Source: Azolla caroliniana (taxonomy: Eukaryota; Plantae; Polypodiophyta). From it: DNA of 64,000 bases. The DNA is taken from NCBI GenBank assembly GCA_043228905.1, contig JBHGNT010000015.1, positions 9,920,001 through 9,984,000 on the forward strand, written 5' to 3'. Within the stretch, counting starts at the first letter, position 1, and every line of letters starts with the position of its first letter. A program made the position numbers and the translations under genes. Positions 24,491 through 37,476 of this stretch are shown here, piece after piece. The notes below the pieces were generated by a model that was not told the DNA's origin, ran no database searches, and saw only the letters and a program-made list of their open reading frames with translations.

Positions 24491-27400
24491 CCCAAATCAC
24501 CACGACATCAACTGCAATCGGTGGAAGTAAGAAAGTCGTTGTCGAAGAAGTCACTATTGGCTGCTACCTAAACCCTCAGAATAGTCTCTGTACCTCAACC
24601 TAAACCCTAACAAAAACACAAACCCTAAAAAAATCAGAAATCCTCAACTCAAACTCTCCAACCAGAAATGGATGTCTGAGATTTAGATTGAAGGAAAATC
24701 AGAAACGTGAAATGGATGTCTGTGATGAAAAGCTCAGAGGGATAGAGGAAGAGGAGTATGAGGGGAAGCGCCAAAACGACGTGAGGGGAAGCGCCAAAAT
24801 CGACGTGAGGGGAAAATAGCCCCCAAAATGGAAGAACATCTCCTTACGTGTTCCCCCCACTCCTTCTACAGTAAATGACACTTGTACTACAGTCACCCCA
24901 CTCTCCAAAATCGATTTTCTTTTTCTCTAATTTTTTTTCTGAATTATTCAATACAAACAGTATTGAAAGTACTGACAATTTTTGTGGCCAAAAACAGTAC
25001 TTTTCTGGTACACCGTAGCGTGCTTCGACCCATATACCGCAAAATCGTCTAGAAAGACTTGCATGAACGGCGGAATGTATTCCCCAAAGATCTCCGTAAT
25101 CGTTCGTTGAAATGTTGCCGACAATGTCTTTAGCCCAAACATCATGACGATCGCCACATATACTCCCCAGTCCGTGACAAACGTCGTCTTCTCCTGGTCC
25201 TCGGGGTGCATGCGTACTTGGTTATAGCCACTGAAGCCATCTAAGAAACTGTACATCTCATGGCCTGCGACGGCGTCCAGCACGCTATCGGTGAAGGGTA
25301 AGGGAAATGCGTCTGTAATGGTTACAGCGTTAAATTTTCGGTAATCTACGCATACCTGTATTTTGCCGTTTTTCTTTGGGACGACCACTATCGGGCTTAG
25401 CCATGTCGCTTGTTTAACTGGCCGTATGAACCCCGCCCTCAGGAGCTTGTCAATTTCTTATTTCACGCGGGACATGTAATTGGGGTTCATGCGGTAGCGG
25501 CGCTGCTGGATGGGTTTCGCGTCAATTGCTAAATTGATCTTATGCTGATAGAACTTGGGATCTAACCCCTTCATGTCCTTGTGAGCCCAAGCGAACACAT
25601 CTTTATATTCCGTGAGTAGTGCGATCATTGTGATTCTCTGCTCCGGCCTTAATTCCTTTGCGATGGAGAGGAACCGGGGCTCCGATTCCGTACACACATT
25701 TACTTCTTCGAGAGCGGAAGCGGTGACTCGTCGTGAAATCTCCATTTCCCTTTTGAATGCCGCCCGTGCTCTGCTGAGTTCCAATATGGACTCTGGGTTT
25801 GGTTCGTACGACTCGTCGTGCGGAACAGTGGCCGGGGTATATTCTACCGCAGTTGCGATGACATCTATTTCGAACTGCGGAATAATCCGAGGGTGTTCGT
25901 CGAGGTACGCCTCCAATTCGGCATCCTCCACCCTAGCCAGCATATTTATGTCCTCCGCATATAACGGTGTTATACCCTTAGGTTGTGGCGTGCTGCCTTC
26001 CGTAGGTACGCGAACCTTGGTGCGTCCATGCCGGAAACTGATACACTCGTGTTGCCAGCTCTACTTGATATTTGTTGTCCGAAGCCATGGTCTGCCCAGA
26101 AGCACTGGGTACGCTCCTAGGGCGTCCAAAGCGAGGACGACCGCCGATATGTCGAAGCGGTGTCCGCCCATGATGATGCCTATTTTGCGAATTAACCCCA
26201 ACGGTCGCACTGAGCGGGTATCTGCCATGCAAAGCCAGAATGGACACACCTCCCATTCGGAAATGCCTAACTGTTCGCAAGTTTTCGCGCTAATTACATT
26301 GACGTCGGAGCCGTCGTCGATTACGCATCCAGGAACTTCCTGTCCGTCGAATATTACTATAATAGTCGGGTTGTGTTGATCCACCACCGGTGGTCCATCG
26401 CTGACGTCTATCAGGTTTGTGGCAATGCTCGCCCCGGGTATGCCCGCCACCTATGCTTCCATGGTCTAGCGGAAACGTGGAACTAGCTGTAGCAGTTTTT
26501 CCATGGTTAACGTGATTTCACAGCCTGCTAACACCTGCCAAATGGGGTCCGGCCCCGGTCTTTCGTTCCCTGTTCGCTCCATTGTGTTTGCGGACTCCTG
26601 CCGCATACATTCCGTATTGGTCGCGTTTGCTTTTTCTACCCACGCTTGGGCTTGTCGTCGTACTTCATCCTACGCAGCCCAATCTGCCGTTTTTGTTTGT
26701 TGGCGTGTCGTGACTTGTTGCACCTCTGCCGTAATCGTATTGATGGCAGGCCCCTTTCCCTTGCGTGTTGGGCATTGCGTGGCATAATGTCCGGGTTGCT
26801 GACAAATAAAACAATGGATGCTTGATTCTCCCTTCTCGGCCCCAGGTGGTGTGTGTCGCTCTTCAGGTGCTACTTGCTCTTCGCGGTCCGGCCTCGTTTG
26901 TCGGAACGTATGCGGTGGTTGTTGTTGGTCCCGTCGTTGTTCCTGGTGCCGCTCATCCCCCGAGCTTTCGTCGTAACGCCGGTGATCCCTATATTGCCGA
27001 GGCTTACCCCGATAGCCATTGAAGCCGCCCTGTTTGTTTGTCGAGCGTTGTTGTTCGTAGCGCCGACCCCCTTTGGCGTAACTCGGATGTCCACGATAAT
27101 CCTCGTCCTCTGGGTCGTCCTCCTCGGAATCGTTGTGATTCCGGCGATTCCGGTTGTACCGGTCCTCCCGCGGGTTGCGATCCTTATACCGGGGTCGGTC
27201 TTCTTGCCTCCTTTGTTCAGCCCGGTGCGGTTGATGCTATGTGTCCATGCTGCGGACCGCGGGAGTGGCTCTGTTTAACATATTTTGCTCGCATTGGTCG
27301 ACTGTGTGAACCTTCGAGTGGCAGATTGGGCAATGGATTCGCATATTGCACTCCACCGCGGAATGCCCCGAGTTCAAGCAAATCATGCACTAGATTGCTT

Positions 27401-28701
27401 GACGAAATTGGCGTTCCTCATCCTGAGGTAATGCTTGTCGTAAGGATGACATCGAAAACCTTTCCTCCTCGTCATCCAACTCGAGTTGTAACGCTCATTC
27501 AATAACCATATCCATCGTTTCCCCTTTCACGCTATTGTTGTTAAGCGTTGCCCGGATGGGCCGGCGTAAAGCTGCCAGAAATGTCTCTCGAGCCTCCTCC
27601 TCCGCGGGGTTTTGTTCCAGTTTCCGTCGTAAATTTTGGAAACGTAAGCTGAAGTCCGCTATCGTCTCGGTCGGTAGTTGCTTAATTGTATAAAATTGCC
27701 CGAGAATCTCGCGTTGTGGAACCCTCCGATGGAAGAATCACAAGAAAGCGGACTGCAGCTGATTGAAGGTTGTTATGGCTGGTAAGTCCATCTGTGAATG
27801 CCAGAACGCCGCACGCCCATCTAATGTTAATCCAAACTCCATCATTTTCGACTGGTGTGCCACCGTCTTGGAGAGATTCTGCGCCATGTGGTTCGCATTC
27901 CAGACATTCAAGAACATGTGAATATGAGTTGCGGCATCGGTTTCGCTGTTAAAGCGGGGGTAGGCAAAGGCCATAGTGGGAGCTACAGCGGATCGGGAAA
28001 GGTCACAGGGTGGTTGTGGTGAGCGTGGTCCCCGTGTCTCGTCGAGGTATTTGGGGAGCGAAGAATCCACTTTGCACTCACGGCAGGTAGTACTGAGGTC
28101 GCTGATGCGTAGCTTTTGTCGTGCGCGTTCTTCTGCCTGGCGTGTGACGGACCTTGTTATTGGCCGGTCTTGTCGTGTTGGTTCTTTGGGTCGTTTGTGG
28201 CTAAACATCCATTTGTTGTTGCTCGTCTGTGAGGAACACAGATCACCAAGCGTGCCAAAAGTGTTGCCGTTTAGGAACACGGTCCGTGGTCAGTCCTTCG
28301 ACCTAGACCTCAAGGTGGGTGTGGAACAACGAACAAGGATTTAAGCGTAATGCGCAAGGGGAGAACCCCTGTAACCTATCCGCGTATAAGGGAAGACGAC
28401 TACAACCGAATCCCTACCAAGGGTTACACTTACGTACTACCACGCTTAAGTATCCAAGACACCGACACTGAATTAGCCGCAGCTATACACAGAAAATCAG
28501 AGAAGATAGAATTCTATTATCAGGCGTTTCTTTACATACCCAAAATTACGCGCACCTCCATCAGAGGTTTTCTACCCTTTATATATGCAGGGTCTAATTA
28601 GCCGTTCACACTTCCTGCGTGAACCGTTACATGCGTTATGCTCTTATATAATTTCTTATTCATACGCTTTTGTCCGTCGGTTACTATTCCAACGGACAAC
28701 A

Positions 28702-28941
28702 GACCTCTACCGTTGCCATATACTTTGCCTCTGTAGTCGACAAGGCTACAGACTTCTACAATCGTGATTGCCACGACACTGCTCCCCCTCCATAGGTCAT
28801 GACGTACCCTGACGTGGATCGACTTGAGTCTACATCTCCCGACATGTTCGAGTCGGTAAAACCTTCCAACACATGTTTTCCAACACCATACCCTAGACAC
28901 ACCCCTGAGGTGCCTTTTAAGTACCTGAGTATCCACTTCAC
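28702..28941 (-). pseudogene. copia RT/RNase H fragment (A-like)
   Basis: KWILRYLKGT..FTDSNMSGDVDSSRSTSGYVMTYGGGAVSWQSRL; this is the target of the D insertion. Confidence 0.88.
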
Positions 28942-31900
28942 TATAGCAGGAGGAGGAGCGAAGTGTTACGAATGCGCTACAGCTCATCTGTGTGCACAGC
29001 GGATCAAGATGTGCTGGATCGTTTAGTGCTCAAGACAGAAAGGGGAAGGGGAAGGAGACTTACCTTTGCACAATCCAAAAGCTTCTATTGCATTACACGT
29101 AGAGCTCAACTTGCTCTCATTAGTTTTCTGTTTTCTATTCTTATAACTCTCTGCACTACTTCTTACTACTATTTTTACCTAATTTATAAGTGACTTATAT
29201 ATGCAACTAATTAGCTGTCAGTAGCTAAATAGCTTTGCATAGCTAAATAGCTATTTCACCTTTATGTCCACTAGTAGCTCATTAGCTAATAGCTATTATA
29301 GCTTATTTCTCAATAAGCATCACATACCTTTGTTGAGATTGCTTCTCAACACTCCCCCTCAAGCTCAACTTATCCTTTTTTGGGATCTTCTTCAATCTTC
29401 TTTTCTTCATGCTTTTCAACTACCATGCCGATGGTTATAACTCCCATCATGTCTCTAAACCATCTATATATTCTCCCAAATTAGAAAGCAATCTTCTGAT
29501 CCATACCTCTTCACAGGTGGCTATTGCATCTCCTCTATATTCAGCTTCAGTACTTGATAGCGCAACAATAGCTTGTTTCTTGCTACTCCATGAAATGGTT
29601 GCACTTCCCAATGTAAACATATATCCACTTGTGGATCTTCTGTCAGTTTGGCTTCCATCCCAATCATCATCTATATATCCTTCCAGTTTTATGTCCAGAT
29701 CAGCCCTGTAAAACAGTCCATAGTTCAGAGTAGCTTTTACATACCTCAAGATTCTTCTAATGTAGTCTAAATGTGGCTTTGTTGGCCGTTGCATAAACTG
29801 GCTGACTAATCCAACAACGTAACTCAAATTAGGTCTTGTTATAGTCAAATATATGAGGTTGCCCACCATAGACCTGTACATGTTTACATCTTCTATTTTG
29901 GCTCCCAAATCAACCCTCAAATTGCAGTTCTTATCCAGTGGTACACCAATAGGTTTGCATCCAAGCATACCATACTTCTTCAACATAGTTGTTGCATACT
30001 GTTTTTGCAACATATATATACCACTCTCAAATCTTATCATCTCAATACCGAGAAAGTATCTCAGCTCTCCCAAATCTTTCATATGAAATTGCATTTCCAG
30101 ATTTTTTTTCAGCTTTCTTATTTCATCCATGCAATCACCTCCAATGATTAAGTCATCAACATATGTCAAGATAACAACAATGCAATCATTTATCCTCTTT
30201 ACATATAATGATGGATCAACCTTTGACATTTTGAAAGAAAATTTTTTCAGAGATTCTGAAAGTTCTTTATGTCATGCTCTTGGTGCTTGTTTCAATCCAT
30301 AGAGAGCCTTTTTCAGCTTGGTGGTTGACACATGTATACTTCCTCTTCCAAGTTACCATGTAAAAAGGCATTTTTTACATCCATAAGGTGCAAAACCCAT
30401 CTTTTGGTTGCACTCACAGCAAGTAGTGTTCTCAATGTTGCCATCTTTGCAACCGGTGTAAATGTTTTATCATAATCAATTCCACGCATCTGGGCATATC
30501 CCTTTGCCACAAGTCTTGCTTTATGTCTACTAATATTTCCATTGGAATCATGCTTTGTCTTGTAGACCCATTTGCAACCTACCACATTTTTTCCTTTTGG
30601 TAACTTTACCAAATCCCATGTTCTGTTTTCAACCAATGCATCAATTTCTTCTTGCATTGCATTCACCCATTTCTTATCAGATTTTGCTTCATCAAAACTA
30701 TTTGGATCAGGGATTTGTACTACTTTAGACATGTATGCATAATGCATAGCCATATATGTATCATAACCAAATCTTTCAACAATCTTTTTCTCTCTATCTT
30801 TATCTTCTCAGTTTCTGATTTGCATCCTTCATTGCTTTTTCCATACCATGAATTTTCAAGGATCCTATACCAAGCTCATCATCTAATGATGTATCTGAAT
30901 CTACATATTCCATGTTTCTAGACCCATCATCCAGCATTTCATATTTTGGCATTTTCTGTTTTCCCTTTTTATCATCATATTTTTTGTGTTTTGCATTTTT
31001 CCCACTCCATGCATTTGAATCAGATTTACTACTTGAGCTTCTAGATGGTCCAGTACATTCCATTGATGTGGAACTTTGTTGTCCAACATTGTTTCCATCT
31101 CCATGGCAATCTCTTCCATTTTCAGATTTTTCTCTGTCTTCATTTTCACAGGTTTCATTAGTTTTGACATTTCCTTTTGGGCTGTACCAATTCGTCAAAT
31201 ATTACATCACGACTTACCACAATCTTTTTTGTCAAAGGGTTATAGCATCTATACCCTTTTTGCTCCTCTGAATATCCAACAAAAACATATTTTTCAGCTT
31301 TTGGATCAAGCTTACTTCTTACATCAACAAGTACATGAACATAAGTAAGGCATCCAAACACTTTTAAGTGTCCTAAACTCGGCTTTCTGCCATACAAACA
31401 TTGTTCAAGAGTTACTTCATGTACTCCAGATGTTATACATCTATTTAGGATATAGTTTGTTGTGTTTACAGCTTCTGCCCAGTAATACAATGGCATATTT
31501 TTTTTGTCATTATGGCTCTTGCTATGTTCACCAGAGTTTTGTTTTTTCTCTCAGCAACTCCATTTTGCTGTGGAGTATATCTACATGTAAACTGTCTCCT
31601 TATTCCTTGATTACATAGAAAATCAGAAAATTCATTTAAGAAGTATTCTCCTCCTCCATCAGATCTTAGGCATTTTATTCTAGTTCCAGCCTACTTTTCT
31701 ACCATGCATTTAAACTTACGAAAGCAATCAAATACTTCACTTTTTTCTTTCATGAAGTAAACCCATGTTTTCCTTGAGCAATCATCAATAAATGTTACAT
31801 AAAACTTACATCCACTAATTGATGCATTTTTTGTTGGTCCCCATACATCCGTATGTACCAAATCCAACAAATTTTTGCTTACATGTCTTTCATGAGGGAA

Positions 31901-33937
31901 AGGCAACCTGTTTTGCTTTCCATATTGACATGCTTCACATATTTTGCTCATCTCACAGTCTTTTAACTTAGGCAGTCCAACCACTGCATTTTTCCTCAAC
32001 ATATTTTTCAATGTTTGCATACTTATGTGACCGATTCTTTTATGCCACATTTCCACATCTAAGATTACACTCGTTCCTTTTGCAAACATGGCTGTAATCT
32101 TTTTAGGCATATCCACATCTATCACAAACATCCTTCCTTGTCGTTTTCCTTTTGCAATAAGCTTTCCCTGTTTCTCTATAAAGTATCCACTTTGCTTAAA
32201 CTTAACTTGCATTCCTTGCTCAACTATCTGTCCAACAGAAATCCGATTTTTTGCAAGGTTTGGCACATGCATAACATTCAACATATATTTTGTTTTTCCT
32301 TTTTCTTCCCGCACTAGGATATCTCCAACATGCTCTATTTGGTGAGTAGTATTATCACCTGTCTGTACATAACTAGGAATCTTTGGTTCTCTTAGACTTT
32401 CAAACCAATTTGCATCTCCTGTCATATGATTAGATGCCCTAGAATCTACATACCACATAAACTCTTCATTGCAGCTCTGTAAACATTTAGCCACTACTGT
32501 TGTTTCATGTTGCACCACAAATGCACCATCTTTATCACAGTCTTCACTGGTTGAGGCATAATTATTTTGTTGTCTCTTCCCTCTTTTTTCATCATTTTGC
32601 TTTTTATAACATTAAGCCTGTGTATGGCCTGATTTTCCACAATACCAATAGCCATCATCATTCAAATAAGTTTGCTTACCTCTACCTCGATTGCTCCCCC
32701 TGCCTCTGGTGTTGTTTCTTCCACTTACATCCAGTTGTCCTCTTCCTTGATAATTGTTGTTGGTTCTAGCTGAACCAAATCTTCCTCGGCCTCTTCTAGC
32801 ACTATTGTAGAGGGCTTGCCCCTCAATTTTAGAGTTTCCTTTGTTTACATCATCCATCTTATTTCTTTCTTCCACTACAAGCATTGAAACCAAATCTGGA
32901 AAACTTGGGATGGTATCCCTTGTGAGAATAGATGTTTTGAAGCTTTTATATTGAGATCCTAAACCTCTTAAGCATATTTCCACCTTATCATCATCTTCTA
33001 CCTTCAAATGAATAGAATCAAGTGATTCACATATACTCTTTATTTTCAGAGCATACTCGTTCACTGACATCTTACCTTTTTCCAAGGTATTTAGCTCAGT
33101 CTTCAACTGAAGCTTTCTAGCCTTTGTGTTCACTGCAAACAGTTTTACTAAACTGTCCCAAGCTTCTTTTGGAAGCATAGCATCTTGTATGTGTCCAAGC
33201 ATCGAATCTGAGATGCTAAGTGAGAGCCAATGCAATACTTTCCTTGCCCCTTGATTCCATTCCTTAAATGCTTTAATTTGTGCAGTAGTTGCATTTTCTT
33301 CTGGGATCTTTGGAACCGCTTCTAGGTCTCCTTCAATGTAATCCCAGTATCCTTTTCCCATTAGGAAATTTGTCATTCTGAATTTCCACGCCGAGAAATT
33401 GCTTTTATCTAGCTTTTTGTGACTATTTGGCTTCCATTTTCTATAGCCATTTTCTCTTTCAAAATTAGGGCTTTTGCTACAATTACTTCAACACGAAACT
33501 CTCTAATTCAGATTAGCAAATAGAGAAACAACCTTTCTCTAATCTGTACTGTTCTAATCTTCTTTATGAGCAACTCGGCTCTGATAACATGTTACGAAGG
33601 CGCTATGGCTCTTTTGTGTGCACAACGGATCGCGATGTGCTGGATCGTTTAGTGCTCAAGACAAAAAGGGAAAGGGGAAGGAAACTTACCTTTGCACAGT
33701 CCAAAAGCTTCTATTGCATTACACGTAGAGCTCAACTTGCTCTCGTCAGTTTTCTATTTTCTATTCTTACAACTCTCTGCACTACTTCTTACTACTCTTT
33801 TTACCTAAGTTATAAGTGACTTATATATGCAACCAATTAGCTCTCTGTAGCTAAATAGTTCTCAGTAGCTAAATAGATATGCATAGTTAAATAGTTGTTT
33901 CACCTTTATGTCCACTAGTAGCTCATTAGCTAATAGC

Positions 33938-34410
33938 TGTCAGGAGTAGTACTAAAGCAGAGATGGAATTAGTACTAAAGAAGAGCAGTACTATTAGTAC
34001 TAAGAGGACGGGACTGCGTAAGATTCCCGAGAGAGGAAGTGAGAAGAGAAGAGAGAGAGAGGAAGTGAGAAGAGAAGAGAGAGAGAGATAGCGAGAAAGA
34101 GAGAGAGAGAAGGATGATGACAGCAGCTCTTATATTATGTGAAAAGATAAGTACAAATCGGCTAAGAGGCTTAAGACTGGTGTTGAACCAATTTGGTTCA
34201 AAACAATGCCTTGTGCCTCCTTTTATAGTGTTTTTGGGAATAATCCTGAAGCTTCTAGAATGTTCCAGAGAGATCTGGAATATACATCAATTTTCTATAA
34301 TAAAACATAAATGAAAATAACATCCTACAAATTACAATTCATAGTCTAATGGTAAGAGCTCGACCCATGTAGCATAAGGTCATGGGTTCAAGTCTTGCCA
34401 TATCATGACA
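33938..34410 (-). repeat. solo LTR (Tcn1-like) inserted in the F 5' LTR
   Basis: TGTCA..TGACA ends, TSD ATAGC/ATAGT, absent from the sister LTR at about 29293. Confidence 0.9.
34340..34405 (+). other. tRNA-derived cassette inside the solo LTR
   Basis: TAGTCTAATGGTAAGAG (A box) ... GGTCATGGGTTCAAGTC (B box). Confidence 0.72.
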
Positions 34411-34478
34411 ATAGTTACTATAGCTTATTTCTCAATAAGCATCACATACCTTTGTTGAGCTTGCTTCTCAACACTAAG

Positions 34479-35065
34479 GACGGAGCCAGAAACGCCGAGA
34501 CCAGTAGAGCCGGAAACAGATAGGGCCGGAGATCAACAACAACAACTACTACTACAACCGGAGGAGCAACAACAGCAACCGATGGAGAAACTACCCGATA
34601 AACCTTTAGAACCCCTGGACCAGAGCATTCTGGACATTTTGAAGAATCAATGAAGGGGCTAACCGTGGGTTTGACGTATAATATACTATCCCACGGGCGT
34701 GCCATGTGTTGGCTGGTTAGGCCAGAGTATGAAAGGGGAGCCGGTTTTGGGAGTTGTAATTAGATAAATTATGATAATGATAAGAGCGGACGGATGGACC
34801 CAGAATCAGTATGTCGATCCGGATCTGAACCGGTTCGTAGCTGGTTGCTGGTTGGCACCGGTTTGTAACCCAGTCGGATACCTATAAAAGGATCCAGAGA
34901 CGATGTAAGTAACAACGGATAATTAATAGAGAAGTGTTGTGTCTTTACATATTGTTTATCTTGTTAATACCGTTCTGTGCTTAATGTGATCATCATACGC
35001 GTGTATCAAGTTAATCATTCCGGATAGGAACCGGGAATGATCGGTTCTGTATTACGGTCTGCACA
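34479..35065 (+). repeat. LTR-like remnant (host of element F)
   Basis: TATA CCTATAAAAG about 34881 with an R/U5-like downstream region; continues the 28942..28963 stub. Boundaries uncertain. Confidence 0.4.
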
Positions 35066-35099
35066 TTCCTTACCGTACCACCCCTTTGGTGAAGTGTTC

Positions 35100-35344
35100 C
35101 ATAGGGACACCCTGTGTTAGTGGCTTGTCCAGCCCAGTAACAACATAGTTTTAGGATTAGGGTTAATATATTATTATGATGATTATTGATGATGATGATA
35201 GACATGGCGTAATAGTGAAAATGATGGAGAGTATGATGTTGAGAGAGATCATGAAGATGTTGACAAACATTGAGAAGCATTGCGGGGTGGGGGGTGGTGC
35301 CTAGAATGGCTCCACCCCTCTCCCAAGGGGGTTCAATGTAATGG

Positions 35345-35380
<36 letters not shown>

Positions 35381-35650
35381 AAGAGAGAGAGAGAGAGAGA
35401 GAAATGTTCCTTGTATTCATTCATTCCCCATAAGGGGTTAAATAGGTACAAAGGGGATACACAAGGGTGCAAGTCCCCTTGGGCATTCACACCTAGTCAC
35501 TCACTCACACCTCTTTGTATCCACCACACTCACACTCATAATCGTATAACATTACACATACATTACATCTTTCACCCTCACTTATCACACTTATCAATCA
35601 CTCGTACATCTCGTACGGTAACAATATCCTCTACAATTCCAAAACATTAC
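35100..35650 (-). repeat. family E-like LTR segment
   Basis: Reverse complement matches 17850..18005 (AACCCCTTATGGGG; AACCCCCTTGGGAG..CCATTCTAGGC..CCCCCCACCCC). Confidence 0.6.
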
Positions 35651-35692
35651 TTTCAATCGTGAAGCACTTATGGTCCCATAGGTCATTGCTTG

Positions 35693-36500
35693 CTATGCAT
35701 TTTGATTTGCTTTCCAAGATGCATATGCTTGCCTTCTACGTTCTTGCTCTTGTGGAGTTCTATCCTCCATTACAAAAAAACTTGTCCCTTTTAAGTACAC
35801 CTTACTACTATCTAGAATCATTGCCCTTCTACGTTCATCGAGGATTGTACAAACAATAACTCAAGATGTCTTTCCCTCTAGTTGCTTTTTGCCAACCCTA
35901 TGTGCGGCATATACAATAACATCTCACATAGCAAAGTGATCTTCAAAGAATGTCGTAATATTTTTTCCAAGAGATAATGCATTCTCTATTTCATTCTCTT
36001 GCATACCTCTAATGACAATATTATTCTTTCTTCTTTCGATTTCATATTGCTCCTTTGCATCTAACACATCCATGGTATTAGAATGTCTTTGCGTGATTTT
36101 TGGTGTTTCTTTCAAAAGAACATCTTTCCACCTTGTCATGATCACATCTTCCTTCCCTTCAATTGTAGATTTTATTTCAGCATTTGCCTTCACTAAAATC
36201 TCTTTTTCTGCTTCAAGACTCAACATTTTTCTTTCTATTTCAGGCATCCTATTATCTTGCATTTGAATAGTCATGTTCTTCATTGCATGTAGTTCTTCAC
36301 ACAAAGCTTTAATCCCTAACTTTTGCATTTCTAGTATATGTTGAAGAGTTAATTCCCTTTCCTTGCAATCATACATTTCACTTTGCATATGCATCATTGT
36401 CTCTTGCAATGAGATATACATAGTTACGATCTTTTCCATTGACAAAGTATGCATTTGATTGTTTAGACTTTCAATCACATCATCATTGGCTTTTACTCCT
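35693..36500 (-). pseudogene. LINE ORF1p-like protein (coiled coil + RRM + CTD; Transposase_22-like)
   Basis: Coiled coil, then ERRKNNIVIRGMQE. Reading through two in-frame TGA (35924, 35861) gives AHRVGKK..VIVC..ILDSSKVYLKGTSFFVMEDRTPQEQERRR. Confidence 0.72.
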
Positions 36501-37476
36501 CTTGGCGTATTTACTATTAATAAAATGATAGAAGAAGTAGAATGTACCTTTCAACCGATTTAGGGTTTCAAAATCTACCTTGAGTTTGAGGAACCGTTGG
36601 GCAAAGAGGGTTGCGGACGAAAATGCTCATAACTCCTCACTACGGTAACGGAATTCAGCAAATAAACATTTGTTAGAAAGCTCTCTAAAAGAGCTTTCCA
36701 ACGAGCTATAGAATGCAGATAATGATGGCAGGAGACAAACAGACACACAAAAAGAAAGAAAACGATGAAGAGTTTGCAGGAGATGTATGAGAATGATGAT
36801 GACAAAGGATATATTATGTAGAAGTGTCTGAATGGGGAATGAAGGTACATGCCGAATTGTCGGCATAGGATATGTGTTGTTGACAACATCAACTGGATGC
36901 AAATTGCTGCTGAAAGAAGTCTGACACATTCTAGAGGTTCGGTTGAACCTGATACCAGCCGGTTGGCTAGATGATGAAGGCTACGCGGGTAGCATCCGGA
37001 ACGGAATCATGAAATTCAGCAAAGGAAGCTTGATCGTGGCTCGAGCCCAGAAGATCAACACATTGTACCTGATGCACGCTTAGATATGTCGGGAAGAAAT
37101 GAACGTAGCATCCGACATTGCCAGTGAATTGTGGCACAAGAGGTTGTCTCACATGAGTCAGAAGGGGATGAAGAGACTTATCAAAGACAATCTCATTCCG
37201 GTGAAGGACGTGCAACTTGAGAGGTGCATTGATTGCTTGGTCGGCAAGAAAAACCGAACCTCCTTCTGGTCAAGACCACCGATGAGACGGAATGCACCAC
37301 TGGAGCTGGTGCATACCGATGTGTCTCAAGTGGACACGAAGTCACATGCCGGATTGCAGTACTTCGTGACGTTCATAGATGACCACGGCCGGAAGTTGTG
37401 GGTCTCACCGTTGAAGATGACGGATCAAGTGTTGTCTCTCTTCGAGGAACTCCACGCGAGAGTGGAAAGAGAAACT

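Larger units (their letters stand above)
20629..25031 (-). mobile_element. Sola2-type DNA transposon (internally deleted)
   Basis: 26-bp TIRs GGGTCGAAGCAYGCTAYGGTGTACCA with 2 mismatches; ATAT flanks at 20625..20628 and 25032..25035, whose removal restores host RT FAVY-RQTKDH; GRG..CYC termini; transposase with the DFAENY motif. Confidence 0.85.
18016..28701 (-). mobile_element. non-chromovirus Ty3/gypsy element, family D, near full length, interrupted by the Sola transposon
   Basis: LTRs about 18088..18463 (rearranged end) and 28262..28701; PBS TGGCACGCTTGGTG 28244..28257 (tRNA-Arg-like); gag 27738..28280, CCHC knuckle about 26775..26820, protease 26061..26450, RT 24948..25943 (FLDD), RNase H 19500..20666, integrase 18424..19499. 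Confidence 0.92.
28964..34473 (-). mobile_element. Ty1/copia family F, full length, decayed (AT-rich)
   Basis: LTRs 28964..29351 and 33590..34473 (the latter holds a solo LTR); TSD CGAAG/CTAAG; PBS 33578..33589 (Met, 1 mismatch); PPT 29352..29363; gag 32612..33376, PR-IN 31158..32518, RT-RH 29447..30753. Confidence 0.95.

Noticed and set aside
24588-24630. Telomere-like AAACCCTA motifs (also 46096..46280)
   Set aside because: Scattered single telo-box motifs typical of plant 5' UTR/LTR regions, not a telomeric array.
34040-34112. GA microsatellites (also 35345..35402, 37661, 53726, 63520)
   Set aside because: Routine components of LTR R/U5 regions.
28942-35065. A complete solo LTR with TSD surrounding element F
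   Set aside because: Termini are degenerate and the flanks (TTCAC/TTCCT) do not form a convincing TSD; kept only as a low-confidence remnant.
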